DNA of 64,000 nucleotides from Octopus vulgaris (taxonomy: Eukaryota): NCBI GenBank assembly GCA_951406725.2, contig OX597815.1, positions 160,146,001-160,210,000 of the forward strand, written 5' to 3'. Position numbers and translations under genes: made by a program. The notes beneath the pieces are model-generated. The model searched no databases and was not told the origin of the DNA. It was given only the letters and a program-made list of their open reading frames with translations. This document shows positions 14,101 to 26,387 of the stretch, one piece after another. Position 1 is the stretch's first letter. The number at the start of each line of letters is the position of its first letter.

Positions 14101-14884
14101 AAATTACTGTATTTTTCCAGTATATAAGCCAAAATTTTCAGTGTACAAGCCATCTTTTTTAAACCAAAATTTACAGCTAAATACAGTCTGTTTATGTTCC
14201 TGTAACTTAGCACTTCAGCAAAAGAGACCGATAGAATAAGTACTAGGCTTACAAAGAATAAGTCCTGGGGTTGATTTGCTCGACTAAAGACGGTACTCCA
14301 GCATGGCCACAGTCAAATGACTTAAGCAAGTAAAAGAATGGTTACTGATAAAATTATATAAGGCCATCAATTTTGAAGGGTAAAGGATTAGTTGATACCA
14401 TCATAAAAGGCTGAGTTGACAATCATAGAATTTGAACCTGGATTATTAAAAGTTGGAAGACATCTAAATATTTCTTTCTATTATAGACACAATGCCTAAA
14501 ATTTTGTGGTAGCAGGATAGTCAATTTCATAGACCTTAGTATTTGATTAACACTTACCTTAAAACATCCAAATAATGGTTTCACATTTTGGCATAAGGTC
14601 ACCAATTTCATAGAAGGGGTAAGTTGATTACATTGACCCCAGTATTCAACTGGTATTTTATCAACTCTGAAAGGTGTTACGACCTGGTGGCCATAACCCA
14701 AATTTACAGAATCAATGAGAATAGGGTGAACCCAAAACAACAACACACTATGAAATTTTTTGTAAAATATAATTAGCAATTGTCATCATATAAAAAAAAA
14801 CCCAGTCTACATACGAAAACAAATATATACACGAACAAAAAGCCAATGCCACACCAGATGTGCAGTCAAAATATTTACAAAGGT

Positions 14885-14937
<53 letters not shown>

Positions 14938-17900
14938 GGTTTTTGGTTTCACCAAAATTGGCCTCACACAAAACCTGGCCTCACAAGTTTGGTTTTCCAA
15001 AAATATGGATTCCAAAAATGGGGATTTCATAAAATCTGGATTTCCGTTTTAGTACAAATTCGGTTTTCGAACCTTGGATTTCAAACCTTGGATGTCGAAC
15101 TTTGGATCCAGATGTGACACAGAAATTATTTTAAATCTGACAAAAGTTCTGGTAAATTCCTGTGGCATAAAATATATCCCTAAATGCCTAACACAAAGCA
15201 CAATATGCATAAACTAAACAGACAATCATAGCTTCCAGAATCCGATTGAACATCTTTGTCTCACAGAAAAAACTGTCACAAAAACTGGTGGGGTACAATT
15301 TGTTATAGCCAATTTGTTATAGTTTCAGTTTTGGCTAATAACACCTACCTTCCCCTATTTTGACAATGGACTTCATTCTGACCTTACAGTGCATCATGAA
15401 AAACTGTTTACCTGTTTAACTTAACATTATAATATATGATTTCCTAAGAAAGGACAAAAGGTAAAGTTGACCCTGGTGACATTTGACTCAGAATGTAAAG
15501 TTGGAAGAAATGTCGCTAAGCATTTTGTCCAGTGTAGTAACAATTCTGTTAGTTTGCTGCCTTAAATATCAGATTCAAATTTTGGTCCAAGACCAGTAAT
15601 TTGGGGGTAAGGAGTAAATCAACTACATTGACCCCAGTGCTCAACTGGTACTTATTTTATCGATCCCAAAGGTATGAAATGCAACATCGACCTTGGCAGA
15701 ATTCAAACTCAAAACATAAAGGCATGCTAACGATTCTGCCAACTCACTGCCTTAAGACATCTAAATAATACAAAGCATTTTGTCTGTTGTTTACTTTTTG
15801 CTTTCTCACCTGCCACTCATATTATATAACAATATTTCATATTATGTAAGACATCATTTTAATTAAATATATGAAAGTATATTAATAACTATGTTGATGG
15901 AAAAATGACTGCAGATCCAGAAATAATAATAATGTTTTACTTGTGAAGAGTGTTATAACGTCAACACCAGATATTTGTAAGTCTATCAAAACATCAAATG
16001 ACTATTTACTGGTTGTATTATAGTTAAGAGCAACTAGTTATCTTATTACATCTGATCTAAGTCATCATGCAATTGTTGTATGTATGTCTGTATGTTGACA
16101 GGAAAGATTTAGTAAAAATTTCTTGCTATGATGATTGTGAGCTCCATTTGACAGTACCTTGTATGCTGTAGTGTAGTTAGAGTGTATGCTATCCAAGGCA
16201 GCCCTGGAGTCTCCCACAGCCTCCTATACAGGCTTATACAGCATACCTAAAAGTGATGCCCCCTTAAAAACACCACTCCTATCCTTCCCCCTCTCTAGCT
16301 ATGCTACTGCTTGTATGGAGCATTGACCAAGGTTACAGATCCCAGGTATTAGGGAAATATTCTCAGTGTCTTATGATACAAGGGTTAGGGAGTAAACTCT
16401 AAAATAAATTCTGAGTGGAAACTCTGAGGTTGGTCCTAGGTTGATGACATTGAAAAAGCCTACTTGACATTCACGAGCCTGGAGTGTCTGTAACAAGCTT
16501 TAAATCATTTAGTAAGTCAGAAAGGCTACCTTCCTTCAGGATATATGCAAAGACCATTCTTCCTTCTAAAACCAAAACATGGATGATAAAGAAGGACCTT
16601 CAAGATTACATTGATGTACATTTACCAAGCTTCCCATGAGAATATTCAGAATTGAGGGTCCATAAGTTGTGTTCAAAATCTAAAATAAGCTGCTGTATGA
16701 AATGTTTAACTACACACATGCCCGGTTTTTGCCACTTTGTTACTACTAACCATTGGTGCAAAGCACCATTCTCTAAAAGCAATTGGATCCAAAATGTTGT
16801 TTAATCCCAGCTCAGGCTTCTTTGAGCTGATCTATGATTAAAGGCATTCAAGCTATGACTATCTTGCCTTCACTTCAAATGTAGCATATTCAGGACATTA
16901 AGATATGATTTAAAGAATATTTGGCTGTTATTTCTTGCAAGTCAAACATACATGTAAAAGGCTTTGTCATTGGCTTGATTTACTGAAATTTATATGGATG
17001 AGGTAGCTGAATGGGTAGAATAATGGAGCAAAGGAAATAACAGACAATTCAAGAAACACTGAATCTGTGTTGTATGAATAATCATAGAAGAGGAGTGATG
17101 CAGCTAGTTTGTGTTCTCATAACACTGCATTAACTGTTCGCAAAGATCTAAAGAATGTTAAGAGATAAATCAGTTAGTTATGAGATAACAATCCATGCTT
17201 GAATTATCTCTGAAATCATGTTATAGCGACTTAATTCATTATTATTATTACAATGAAACATCGTTGTAAGTTTACATGTATCTATGTACAAATAAGACAA
17301 AACAAACCATATTTTGGTAATTTTAACATGTAATATAATTGACCAGGTTTTTCTTTGGATAATAATTAATTTTTTCAGTTTTATGAAAAATTAAATATTG
17401 TTGAAATTAAATAAGTTTTTACTTGGCTTTCATAAGAGTGTCAACAGATATTTATTTCATTTGTGAAATGATAATCTTAATTTAATTTTCATTTTTAGTC
17501 TGATTTTCAAGTTCCAGCAGTCAAGGCAAAATTAAAGTGATCAGGATTATGGAGTATAACAGTTGTGTGGTTAAGGCATCAGACCATTAAAAACATAGTT
17601 AGGGTTTCAAGCCTTACAAATATGATTGTAAAGTCACATAACATTTGATTTCCAATTTTGGACAGCAATTTTAAGGGAGTGGGTAAGCTGATTACATCAA
17701 CCTCAGTGCTTGACTGGTACTTATTTTACTGATCCCGAATGGTAAAGTCGACCATGGAAGAATTTGAACTCAGAATGTAAAGATAAACAAAATGTCACAA
17801 AGCATTTTGCCTGGCATACTATGATTCTACCAGCTCGATGTCTTAAGCAACATAACCTTTGATTGATAAATTCAAGTAGCTGGCAATAGCATGAATATTC

Positions 17901-18060
17901 TTTGCAAGACATTATTTTCTCTTACTATTGACCCTTTTTAAAGTGACCGGCTGGCAGAATTGTCGGCATACTAGGTAAAATGCTTAACGACATTTTGTCC
18001 ATCTTTACATTTTGAGTTCAAATTCTACCAAGGTTGATTTTTCCTTTCATCCTTCCAGGG

Positions 18061-18484
18061 TTACTCTTTTACTTCTTTCAGTCCTTTGACTGTGGCCATG
18101 CTGGAGCACCTCCTTTAGTTGAGCAAATCGGCCCCCAGGACTTATTCTTTGTAAGCCTAGTACTTATTCTATTGGTCCCTTTTGCCGAACCGCTAAGTTA
18201 CGGGGATGTAAACACACCAGCATCTGTTGTCAAGTGATGTTGTGGGGACAAACACAGGCACACAAACATATACACAAACACATACATACATATATATATA
18301 TATACATGTACATATATACGACGAGCTCCCTTCAGTTTCCGTCTACCAAATTCACTCACAAGGCTTTGGCCGGCCCGAGGCTATAGTGGAAGACACTTGC
18401 TCAAGGTGCCATGCAGTGGGACTGAACTCGGAACCATGTGGTTGGTAAGAAAGCTACTTACCACACAGCCACTCCTATGCCTAT
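18061..18484 (-). mobile_element. SINE A, full length
   Basis: Reverse complement of the family consensus; splits a SINE B-type copy. Confidence 0.85.
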
Positions 18485-19110
18485 GATAAAATATGTTACC
18501 AGTTGAAAACCAGAGTCAATGTGATCGACTTATCCACTTCCCAAAATTATTAGCCTTGTGCTAAAATCTGAAACATTAACCCTCTTTGTAAGGTGAGCAA
18601 GCTGGCAGAACTGTTAGCATGCCAGATAAAATACTTAGCATTTTGTCTGTCTGTATGTTTGGAGTTCAAATTCTGTTGAGGTTGACTTTGCCTTTCATCC
18701 TTTCAAGAGTGAATAAAACTTGAAACCAATATTAATCCTCTTGTATGTTAGTATGCAGAAGAAAATGCTTAGTGGCATTTCTTCCAGCTTTATGTTCTGA
18801 GTTCAAATTCTACTGGGGTTGACTTTACTTTTCATCACTTTTAGGGTTGATAAAATGAGTAGCAGTCTGGCATTGGGGTCAATGTAATTGAGTAACCCCT
18901 CTCACAAAATTTCAGGTTTTGTGCCTATAGTAGAAAGAATTATTAACCCTCTTGTAATGTGGCATTTCTTCGAGCTTTTTACATTCTGAGTTCAAATTTC
19001 ATTGGGGCCATAAAGAAACCAATACTGGTTGTCAAGTGGTGGTGGGAACCAACCACAATGCACAAATACACACACACACACACATGCACAAATACACACA
19101 CACACACATA

Positions 19111-19239
19111 CAGGGTTGTCTTAAGAGCATTTTAGGCCCCTGGGCAAGTCAATGTACTGGGCCGTACAGTATTTATTTACTGATAACAAACTACAGCATA
19201 CATTGATCAGAACTGGGCCCATGTCTTAAGAAGACCCTG
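19111..19239. mobile_element. Small MITE inserted in the microsatellite of a SINE
   Basis: TA|CAGGGTTGTCTTAAG … CTTAAGAAGACCCTG|TA. Confidence 0.7.
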
Positions 19240-19814
19240 TATATATTAATACAAGTTTCTTCCAGTTTCTGCCTACCAAATCCACTCACAATGTTTGGTA
19301 AGCCTGGTACTACAGAGGAAAACACTTCCCTCGGATTCTACACATTGGTACTGAGCCTAGCCATGCCTGTTCCTATAATACCTATATCATAACCTACATA
19401 ATACTATAAATATCATTTTCTGTTCCTTCCTTTTTTTTTTTTAACCTATATTTCACTACAACCTCAGATTTATCTATATTCAAAGAATGTATCTTAAAGA
19501 GGAACTGGTAAATTATTCAGATTCTTCACATTTTGAATTGCAAAGAAGTAACTTTCTATGACATGAGAAAAAGAAATGGGGTTTGACATTAATATTCAAA
19601 GAGATTTAATTATTTTTTTTCTGACAGAACAACAGAACAAAAGGAAAAAAAAAGTAGTGTTCATGATTAACTACTGGAGCTTACACAATGTAATTAGCAG
19701 GGAGATAAAATATGTATATTTAATGATTTGTAATTTGCTATTGCTTCTGGTGAATAAATATTTTGGTTGTGTGTTTTTTATCAAATGATAACCATAAAGG
19801 CATGGGTGTGGTAA

Positions 19815-20230
19815 GGTGGTGAGCTGGCAGAAACGTTAGCATGCCGGGCAAAATGCTTAGTGGTATTTCGTCTGCCGCTACGTTCTGAGTTCAAATTACA
19901 CCGAGGTCGACTTTGCCTTTCACCCTTTCGGGGTCAATCAAATAAGTACCAGTTACGAACTGGGGTCGATATAATCGACTTAATCCGTTTGTCTGTCCTT
20001 GTTTGACCCCTTTGTGTTTAGCCTCTTGTGGGTAGTAAAGAAATAGGTATTTCATCTGCCATTACGTTCTGGGTTCAAATTCCACCAAGGTTGACTTTGC
20101 CTTTCAACCTTTCGGGGTCGATAAATTAGGTATCAGTTATGCACTGGGGTCAATGTAATTGACTTAATCCCTTTGTCTGTTCTTGTTTGTCCCCTCTATG
20201 TTTAGCCCCTTGTGGGCAATAAAAAATAAG
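19815..20230 (+). mobile_element. Dimeric SINE B nested in the head of a SINE A
   Basis: Body repeated (19862-20047 / 20048-20230), flanked by SINE A GTGTGGTAAG | AAGCTTGC. Confidence 0.85.
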
Positions 20231-22200
20231 AAGCTTGCTTCTTAACCACATAGTTTTGGGTTCAATCCCACTATGTGGCACCTTGGGCATTTGTCTTCTG
20301 CTATAATCTTCAGCTGACCAAAGCCTTGTAAGTGGATTTGGTACACAGAAACTGAAAGAAGCCCATCATGTGTGTGCATATATGTATGTATGTGTGTGTG
20401 TGTGTCTGTGTTTGTCCCCCACTACTACTTGACAACCGGTGTTGGTGTGTTTACATTCCCCATAACTTAGTGGTTTGGCAAAAGAGACCAATAAAATAAG
20501 TACAAGGCTTAAAAACAAAAAAGCCTTGGAATCAATTTGTTTGACTAAAACCCTTCAAGGCAGTGCCCCAGCATGGTCGTGGTCAAATGACTGAAACAAG
20601 TAAAAGAAAAGGAAAAAAGAATAAATGATGGATAAAAGCATCGTTGATTTTTAGTTTCAAGTATTAGCTGAATAATTTAAAGGATGCTGGCAAATGCTAA
20701 ATTCTAATAATTGATTATTTCTTTAATAAAAATCATCACTTATTTTTTTCTTTTTTTTACAAGGTTTGAATTCATAAACTGTTATCAGTCCGGCAGATTT
20801 TTATTGCCTGCTGACTACTTTGTTATTTCACCATGGTGAGTTCAAATCTTGCTGAAAACAACTGATAATACACAATGTTTGATTCAACTGATCTTGTTTC
20901 TTGCATACAAAAGAAAAAACAAATAAATAAAACCTGCTATTTTTCACAAGTGAAAAAAAATTAATTATATTAATTAACTTTTAATTAACAAGCAATGTTT
21001 ATTAATAAATTGAATCTGTTGAATAATGCATGATACTGAAATAATATTGATTAATTGGTAGGGAAATAATATAAATTTATCCAACAATTGATTAAATTAG
21101 ATTGACGAGGAATGTGATAACACTATTATTGCTGTTGTTGTTGTTGATGGTGGCAATAATGATTATGAGAAATGGTTGTAAATGAATAAGCCTCCAACAG
21201 GATCAGTCATTGATTAAATATTAGTTTAATGTATTATTTTCAAACCGAAGTCCTTTCTCAGTTAATTAAAAACAAAAACACTGTAAATAATACTTTCCCT
21301 TTCACTTATCTTGAAAGCAAGAAAGGAGAAGGTGGGCAAAGTAAAAGAGGGAGGGAGACTTAGTAATTCAAAAGAGAGTAAGGGAGTTGCATGAGGATGA
21401 GAGGAAGGAGAAGGAATGGGTTTTCCTTATCCCAAAGGACATGACAGTCAGAGTCGTAGAAAGGGGTTTATGAGTTGAAAAGGGAGCTTAGTAATACAAA
21501 AGATGAAGAAAAGGGAGAATATTGCTGAGAAAGGGTTGCAAAGAGAAAAAGAGGTAGAAGGAGAAGAAAAAGATGACGACCAAGAACAAGGATGAAAATA
21601 AAAAAGAAGCACTGTTTTGGCAGTGACTTGTTATTTATTACGACAGGATTGATTAAATCACGTCTGGATTCAATTGTAGTGGCTATAATTAAATTATTGA
21701 TCAGGTGATAGTGATGATATCAATACTGAACTGACTTTAAGGAAATGTGAACGGGTGGTGGGTCAAGAGATCATTGATTAGCTGACTGTAGATATTGCTA
21801 CTTCATTAAACTAACTAATTAATTTTGTTCTTGATTAATGTGGGGTTTATTGGAATGCAGTTTGTAAACAGATATATTTTATTGATTTCTACAATTCCTA
21901 CATGATCACGTTATTGTAGGACAGAGTCTATTTGACTGAATTAACACCCACAGTATATGCCCGGTACTAATTTAACTGACATGCCACTCTAAGGTATGAA
22001 AGGTAAAAATCTATCTCAATGAGATATAGATTCTAAAGACAAATGGTTACAGTTATAACAAAACATTTTGAAGCCATCTTCCTCTGTTAAAGCAGGGATC
22101 GACTTCACAGGTCCCATGACAATCTTTGTAAGAGGCAGGTTTTCTATGGATATGTGCTTTTACTGTCACCAATACTCACCCATTTCCAAGTAAGGTAATG

Positions 22201-22425
22201 CGAGCTGGCAGAAATGTGAGCCCGCTGAGCAAAATGCTTTGTGGTATTTCGTCTGCCGTTACATTCTGAGTTCAAATTCCGCCGAGGTCGACTTCGCCTT
22301 TCATCCTTTCGGGGTCGATTAAATAAGTACCAGTTATGCACTGGGGGCGATATAATCGACTTAATCCGTTTGTCTGTCCTTGTTTGTCCTCTCTGTGTTT
22401 AGCCCCTTGTAGGTAATAAACAAAT
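22201..22425 (+). mobile_element. SINE B
   Basis: Full family consensus, with AGGTAAT on both flanks. Confidence 0.8.
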
Positions 22426-24449
22426 AGGTAATATTTTCCCATGGTCAGACATATTCATGCAGAATACTGGAAATGAATATTGCTTGTATGACAATGATGG
22501 CTGCGTGTTGTGTTCTTGAGCAAGGCACTTTATTTCATGTTGCTCCAGTTCACTCAGCTGTAGAAATGAGTTGCGACGTCACTGGTACCAAGCTGTATCG
22601 ACCTTTGTCTTTCCCTTGGATAACACTGGTGGCGTGGAGAGGGGAGGCTGGTATGCATGGGCGACTGCTGGTCTTCCATAAACAACCGTGCCCGGACTTG
22701 TGTCTAGGAGGGTAACTTTCTAGGTGCAATCCCATGGTCATTCATGACCGAAGGGGGTCTTTACCCTTATCACACAATGTCACAACAAGGAAACACAAAC
22801 AAACAAACACACACATACGATGGCTTCTTTCAGTTTCTGTCAACCAAATCCACTCACAAGATTTTGGTTGATCCAGGGCTCTTGTAGAAGACATGTGCCG
22901 AGAGAGCCATGCAGTGAGACTAAACTCAGAACTATGTGGATTGGAAAGCAAAGTTCTTACCACATAGCCACATCAGTGCCTAGCCATACCAACATCCTTG
23001 GTGATGTTAATTTCTTTCAGTCACTTCTTACACAGATACTTACTGTAGCTATCCTAAAACTGGAAGAGTCCCAGAAAACATTACGGTAAAGGAATATTTT
23101 TCTCTTTTAATCAAAAGGGAAAGCAATGCCCATGACCCTTTACAGAGCCTCTATGACTGGTAGGTGAGATGAAGATATCCTCAAACCAGGAACTTGGCTT
23201 GAATGCTTACAACAGAGTAGACTTCGTTAAAAGTACTTAAAATTGTAGGTGAGGATATTAAATATGGTTATGGATTATGTCAATAACTAAAGTAGGCTTT
23301 GGGAAGATTTGAACTCAGAATGCAAGGAGTTGGAACATATACCACAAAGTATCTGGTCCAATGATCTTATAGTCCTACTGATCTACTGGTCTGGAATTGT
23401 ACTTTTTATCAACCCAGAAAGGATGAAAAGCAAAGTTGGTCTCAGTAGAATTTGAACTCAGTATGCAGAGAATCTCAACAAATACTTCCTAACATTCTGT
23501 CCGATGCTCAGCTGACTACTAATTTGCTACTTACCTCGTAATTTCAAAGAGAGAATCTTGATTTTTAATTTATGTACAAGAGCACAGATTTTGTGATGAA
23601 TACCATTCAATTATGTTGATCCTACTATTTAAAGGTGTAGAGCTGGCAGAATTGGTAGCATGCCAGACAATAATAATGCTTAGTGGCATTTTGTCCATCT
23701 TTACATTCTGAGTTCATATTCCACCATGGTCAACTTTGTCTTTCATCCTTTCAGGATTAATAAAATAGGTACCAGTTGAACACTGGGGTAAATGTAAAAG
23801 ACTAGTTGCTACTCCAAAATTTCAGACATTGTGCCTACAGTAGAAAAAATAAAAAAAAATAACTAGTACTTATTGACCTAGGAAAGATGAAAAGAAATCA
23901 ACCTGACAGGATTTGAACTCTATTATTAAATGCTTGACTGGTTCACTACTAATTCACTCAATGCAAGACTGTAGTTGGTCACTGTGCTTTACAGGCATGC
24001 AATATCTCTCTAATTGAATATATCATTGATGTATAGTCACAAGTGGTGGTAGTATTAGCTTAGTGAATGTTAGGCACGGATGTTAATTAAATTGTGAATG
24101 GTTGGGGTGGATAAATCATTAGCTTTAATTTTAATTCTAATCAAGAAAAACAAGGGAGTTAAGTTGGAAATCCACTTAATTAAAAATTGACTGGGAGCAT
24201 ACAGTGACAAGTGAATGATCTTTGGAAAATGACATATGAACTCAGTGCATGTTTAATAAAGTAGAGATAATGAGTATTGCCTTCATTTAGTCACAGATGG
24301 AGACAAATGGCATATAGAATGGCTGTGTGGTAAGAATATTGCTTCTCAGTCGCATGGTGTGGCACCATGGGAAAGTGTTCTTATACTATAGCCTCAGGCC
24401 TTGTAAGTAGATTTGGTAGACAGAGACTGAAAGAAGCCTGTTGTATATA

Positions 24450-24500
<51 letters not shown>

Positions 24501-24507
<7 letters not shown>

Positions 24508-24788
24508 AAAAAAAGGAGATGTCGAACACGAGTGGTGATATATAAAAAGGAAATGAAGAAAATGCTGACAAATAATTGAAGTAATTTAAGTAATTTAATT
24601 AGGTGAAAGTTCTTTTTACCGGTTGCGCATTTGTTATGCTTATCAAAATATAAAAGAGAGATTAGAGTCTGTCTCTTATATGTGAAAAAAAGAGGCTCCA
24701 GAGTTGTTTGGGATTTGCTTGGTTTCGCGCCTAAAATTTTGATTGGTCATTATGAAGGGGTCACGTGAATGTTTGAATGGAAGTTGGT
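24501..24788 (-). repeat. Inverted pseudo-LTR copy of the PLE
   Basis: The reverse complement matches 29247-29497 exactly by eye, and matches 24789-25066 apart from a few small indels in the direct copy. Confidence 0.95.
24609..24660 (-). ncRNA. Variant minimal hammerhead motif in the inverted pLTR
   Basis: Reverse complement of the same core. Confidence 0.65.
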
Positions 24789-25066
24789 CTTCCATTCAAA
24801 CATTCACGTGACCCCTTCATAATGACCAATCAAAATTTTAGGCGCGAAACCAAGCAAATCCCAAACAACTCTGAGCCTTTCTTTTCACATATAAGAGACA
24901 GACTCTAATCTCTCTTTATATTTTGATAAGCATAACAAATGCGCAACCGGTAAAAAGAACTTTCACCTAATTAAATTACTTAAATTACTTCAATTATTTG
25001 TCAGCATTTTCTTCATTTCCTTTTTATATATCACCACTCGTGTTCGACATCTCCTTTTTTAAATAT
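24789..25066 (+). repeat. 5' direct pseudo-LTR with ~35-nt tail
   Basis: Matches 29252-29497. The tail CACCACTCGTGTTCGACATCTCC… is shared only with the inverted copy. Confidence 0.95.
24911..24960 (+). ncRNA. Variant minimal type I hammerhead ribozyme motif in the 5' pLTR
   Basis: TTGATAA / GCAT-aacaa-ATGC (stem II) / GCAA / CCGG / TA. U3-A8 replaces C3-G8, stem III is the palindrome ACCGGT, and there is an A13C change. PLE pLTRs are known to carry minimal hammerheads. Confidence 0.7.
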
Positions 25067-25091
25067 CATATCCCCGCACGAGATACAGAAA

Positions 25092-26387
25092 ATGCCTACA
25101 AAAACTGAAACCACCCTAATCAACTTAAACGAAGAAATCCTACAGGAACTCAAAAACATCAACACCAACCTCTCTGTACTAGTCAACAAATTGGACTCTA
25201 CTAATGAGGAAACCATTACCGGACACAAACCCTCCGAAATCGGCGATAAGCTACAAACTCTGTGTGATACGATCCACACCTTTTTCACCACCACCAACCC
25301 AGCCAAAAACAAAGAAGAACCATGTCAAATTGATTCATACAAACTGAAAAATCATATAATCCCAGAATGGAACAAATCCCTCAGAGACAGAAAGTTCTCC
25401 TTCTGGAAAATGATTAGAAACAACAACAAGGCCGAGATATACGAAAAATGGATGAACTCTACTCCTCTAACTCTTCCCCGCAAAATACAATTAAAAGCCA
25501 TTCCCAATGAACCTGAACCTCAAAGACGACTTAGGGAAAGAATGGCATTAGAGAGACTGAAAACAGAGATTGAACTTCTCAAATTAAGGGCCCAAACAAA
25601 TGAGGAAAGAGTCAAAACAATCGATGAAGAGATCCTCCTCGTAATAAATAACAAGGCCGAAAGCCTACACATAGAGAAGATCTCCAAGTTATGGAAAGAT
25701 GACTGCAACAAAGAGGAACTAAAATCCCTACAACGCTGGGAAAAAAGTGCCGCCTGGTTCCTAAACTATGAATCGACTTTCAAAACGGATTACTCTTCCA
25801 ATAACCCGTTCATAAAAATGGGAAAACCAGGAACCCAACCACACAACTACTCCGCCAACCCTCCAACCTTGAACAAAAGAAGGAAACAGCATATTGAAGA
25901 TGTACCTTCTTACCCCACGTCCATAAGGAGGAACAAGAACCCTGGAAACTCTCACCACCAGAATTACATTAACGAATTTCCCTCTTCAAGGAGACGCTAC
26001 ACACAACAACTCAACAACTACTCGAATACCTTATTAACAAATAAAAGAGGATCCCACTACCAGGATAGACACAACAACATCCACACCACGAGGGGACAAC
26101 AAGGTAATTTTCACTTTCTCAACTCCCACAATACACAACAAACCCATACCACTCGATACAAGCACCCACGCAGGCCACTCATATCACCACAATCCATCAC
26201 AACACAAAGAAACACACACCAACACCCGCAATACAGGAACACCCCATTCTATCCACAACCACGAACCCGAACCATATTTCACAACAAGGAATATAACAAA
26301 CACACAGGACCTCCTAACACCAACAGACAACCCCTCTACCCCAACCATTTTTTAGACACAGCACACAGATACAGGCAAACAAAATAA
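25092..26387 (+). CDS. PLE ORF1 (431 aa): helical/coiled-coil N-half, N/Q/H/R/Y/P-rich low-complexity C-half
   Basis: Long uninterrupted ORF starting 26 nt after the 5' pLTR. Heptad-like segments (LQELKNINTNLSVLVNKL; RERMALERLKTEIELLKL). Same A/C-rich strand bias as the RT. Function is inferred. Confidence 0.85.
   Translation: MPTKTETTLINLNEEILQELKNINTNLSVLVNKLDSTNEETITGHKPSEIGDKLQTLCDTIHTFFTTTNPAKNKEEPCQIDSYKLKNHIIPEWNKSLRDRKFSFWKMIRNNNKAEIYEKWMNSTPLTLPRKIQLKAIPNEPEPQRRLRERMALERLKTEIELLKLRAQTNEERVKTIDEEILLVINNKAESLHIEKISKLWKDDCNKEELKSLQRWEKSAAWFLNYESTFKTDYSSNNPFIKMGKPGTQPHNYSANPPTLNKRRKQHIEDVPSYPTSIRRNKNPGNSHHQNYINEFPSSRRRYTQQLNNYSNTLLTNKRGSHYQDRHNNIHTTRGQQGNFHFLNSHNTQQTHTTRYKHPRRPLISPQSITTQRNTHQHPQYRNTPFYPQPRTRTIFHNKEYNKHTGPPNTNRQPLYPNHFLDTAHRYRQTK
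26348..26354 (+). promoter_or_regulatory. Candidate -1 ribosomal frameshift slippery site U_UUU_UUA
   Basis: caT TTT TTA is in the ORF1 codon phase, inside the 70-nt overlap (26318-26387) between ORF1 and the ATG-less RT frame. Confidence 0.7.

Noticed and set aside
20761-20840. Possible exon ending ATG|GTGAGT
   Set aside because: The acceptor is weak (AAG), GTGAGTTCAAATC matches a SINE B-box fragment, and no partner exons were found.
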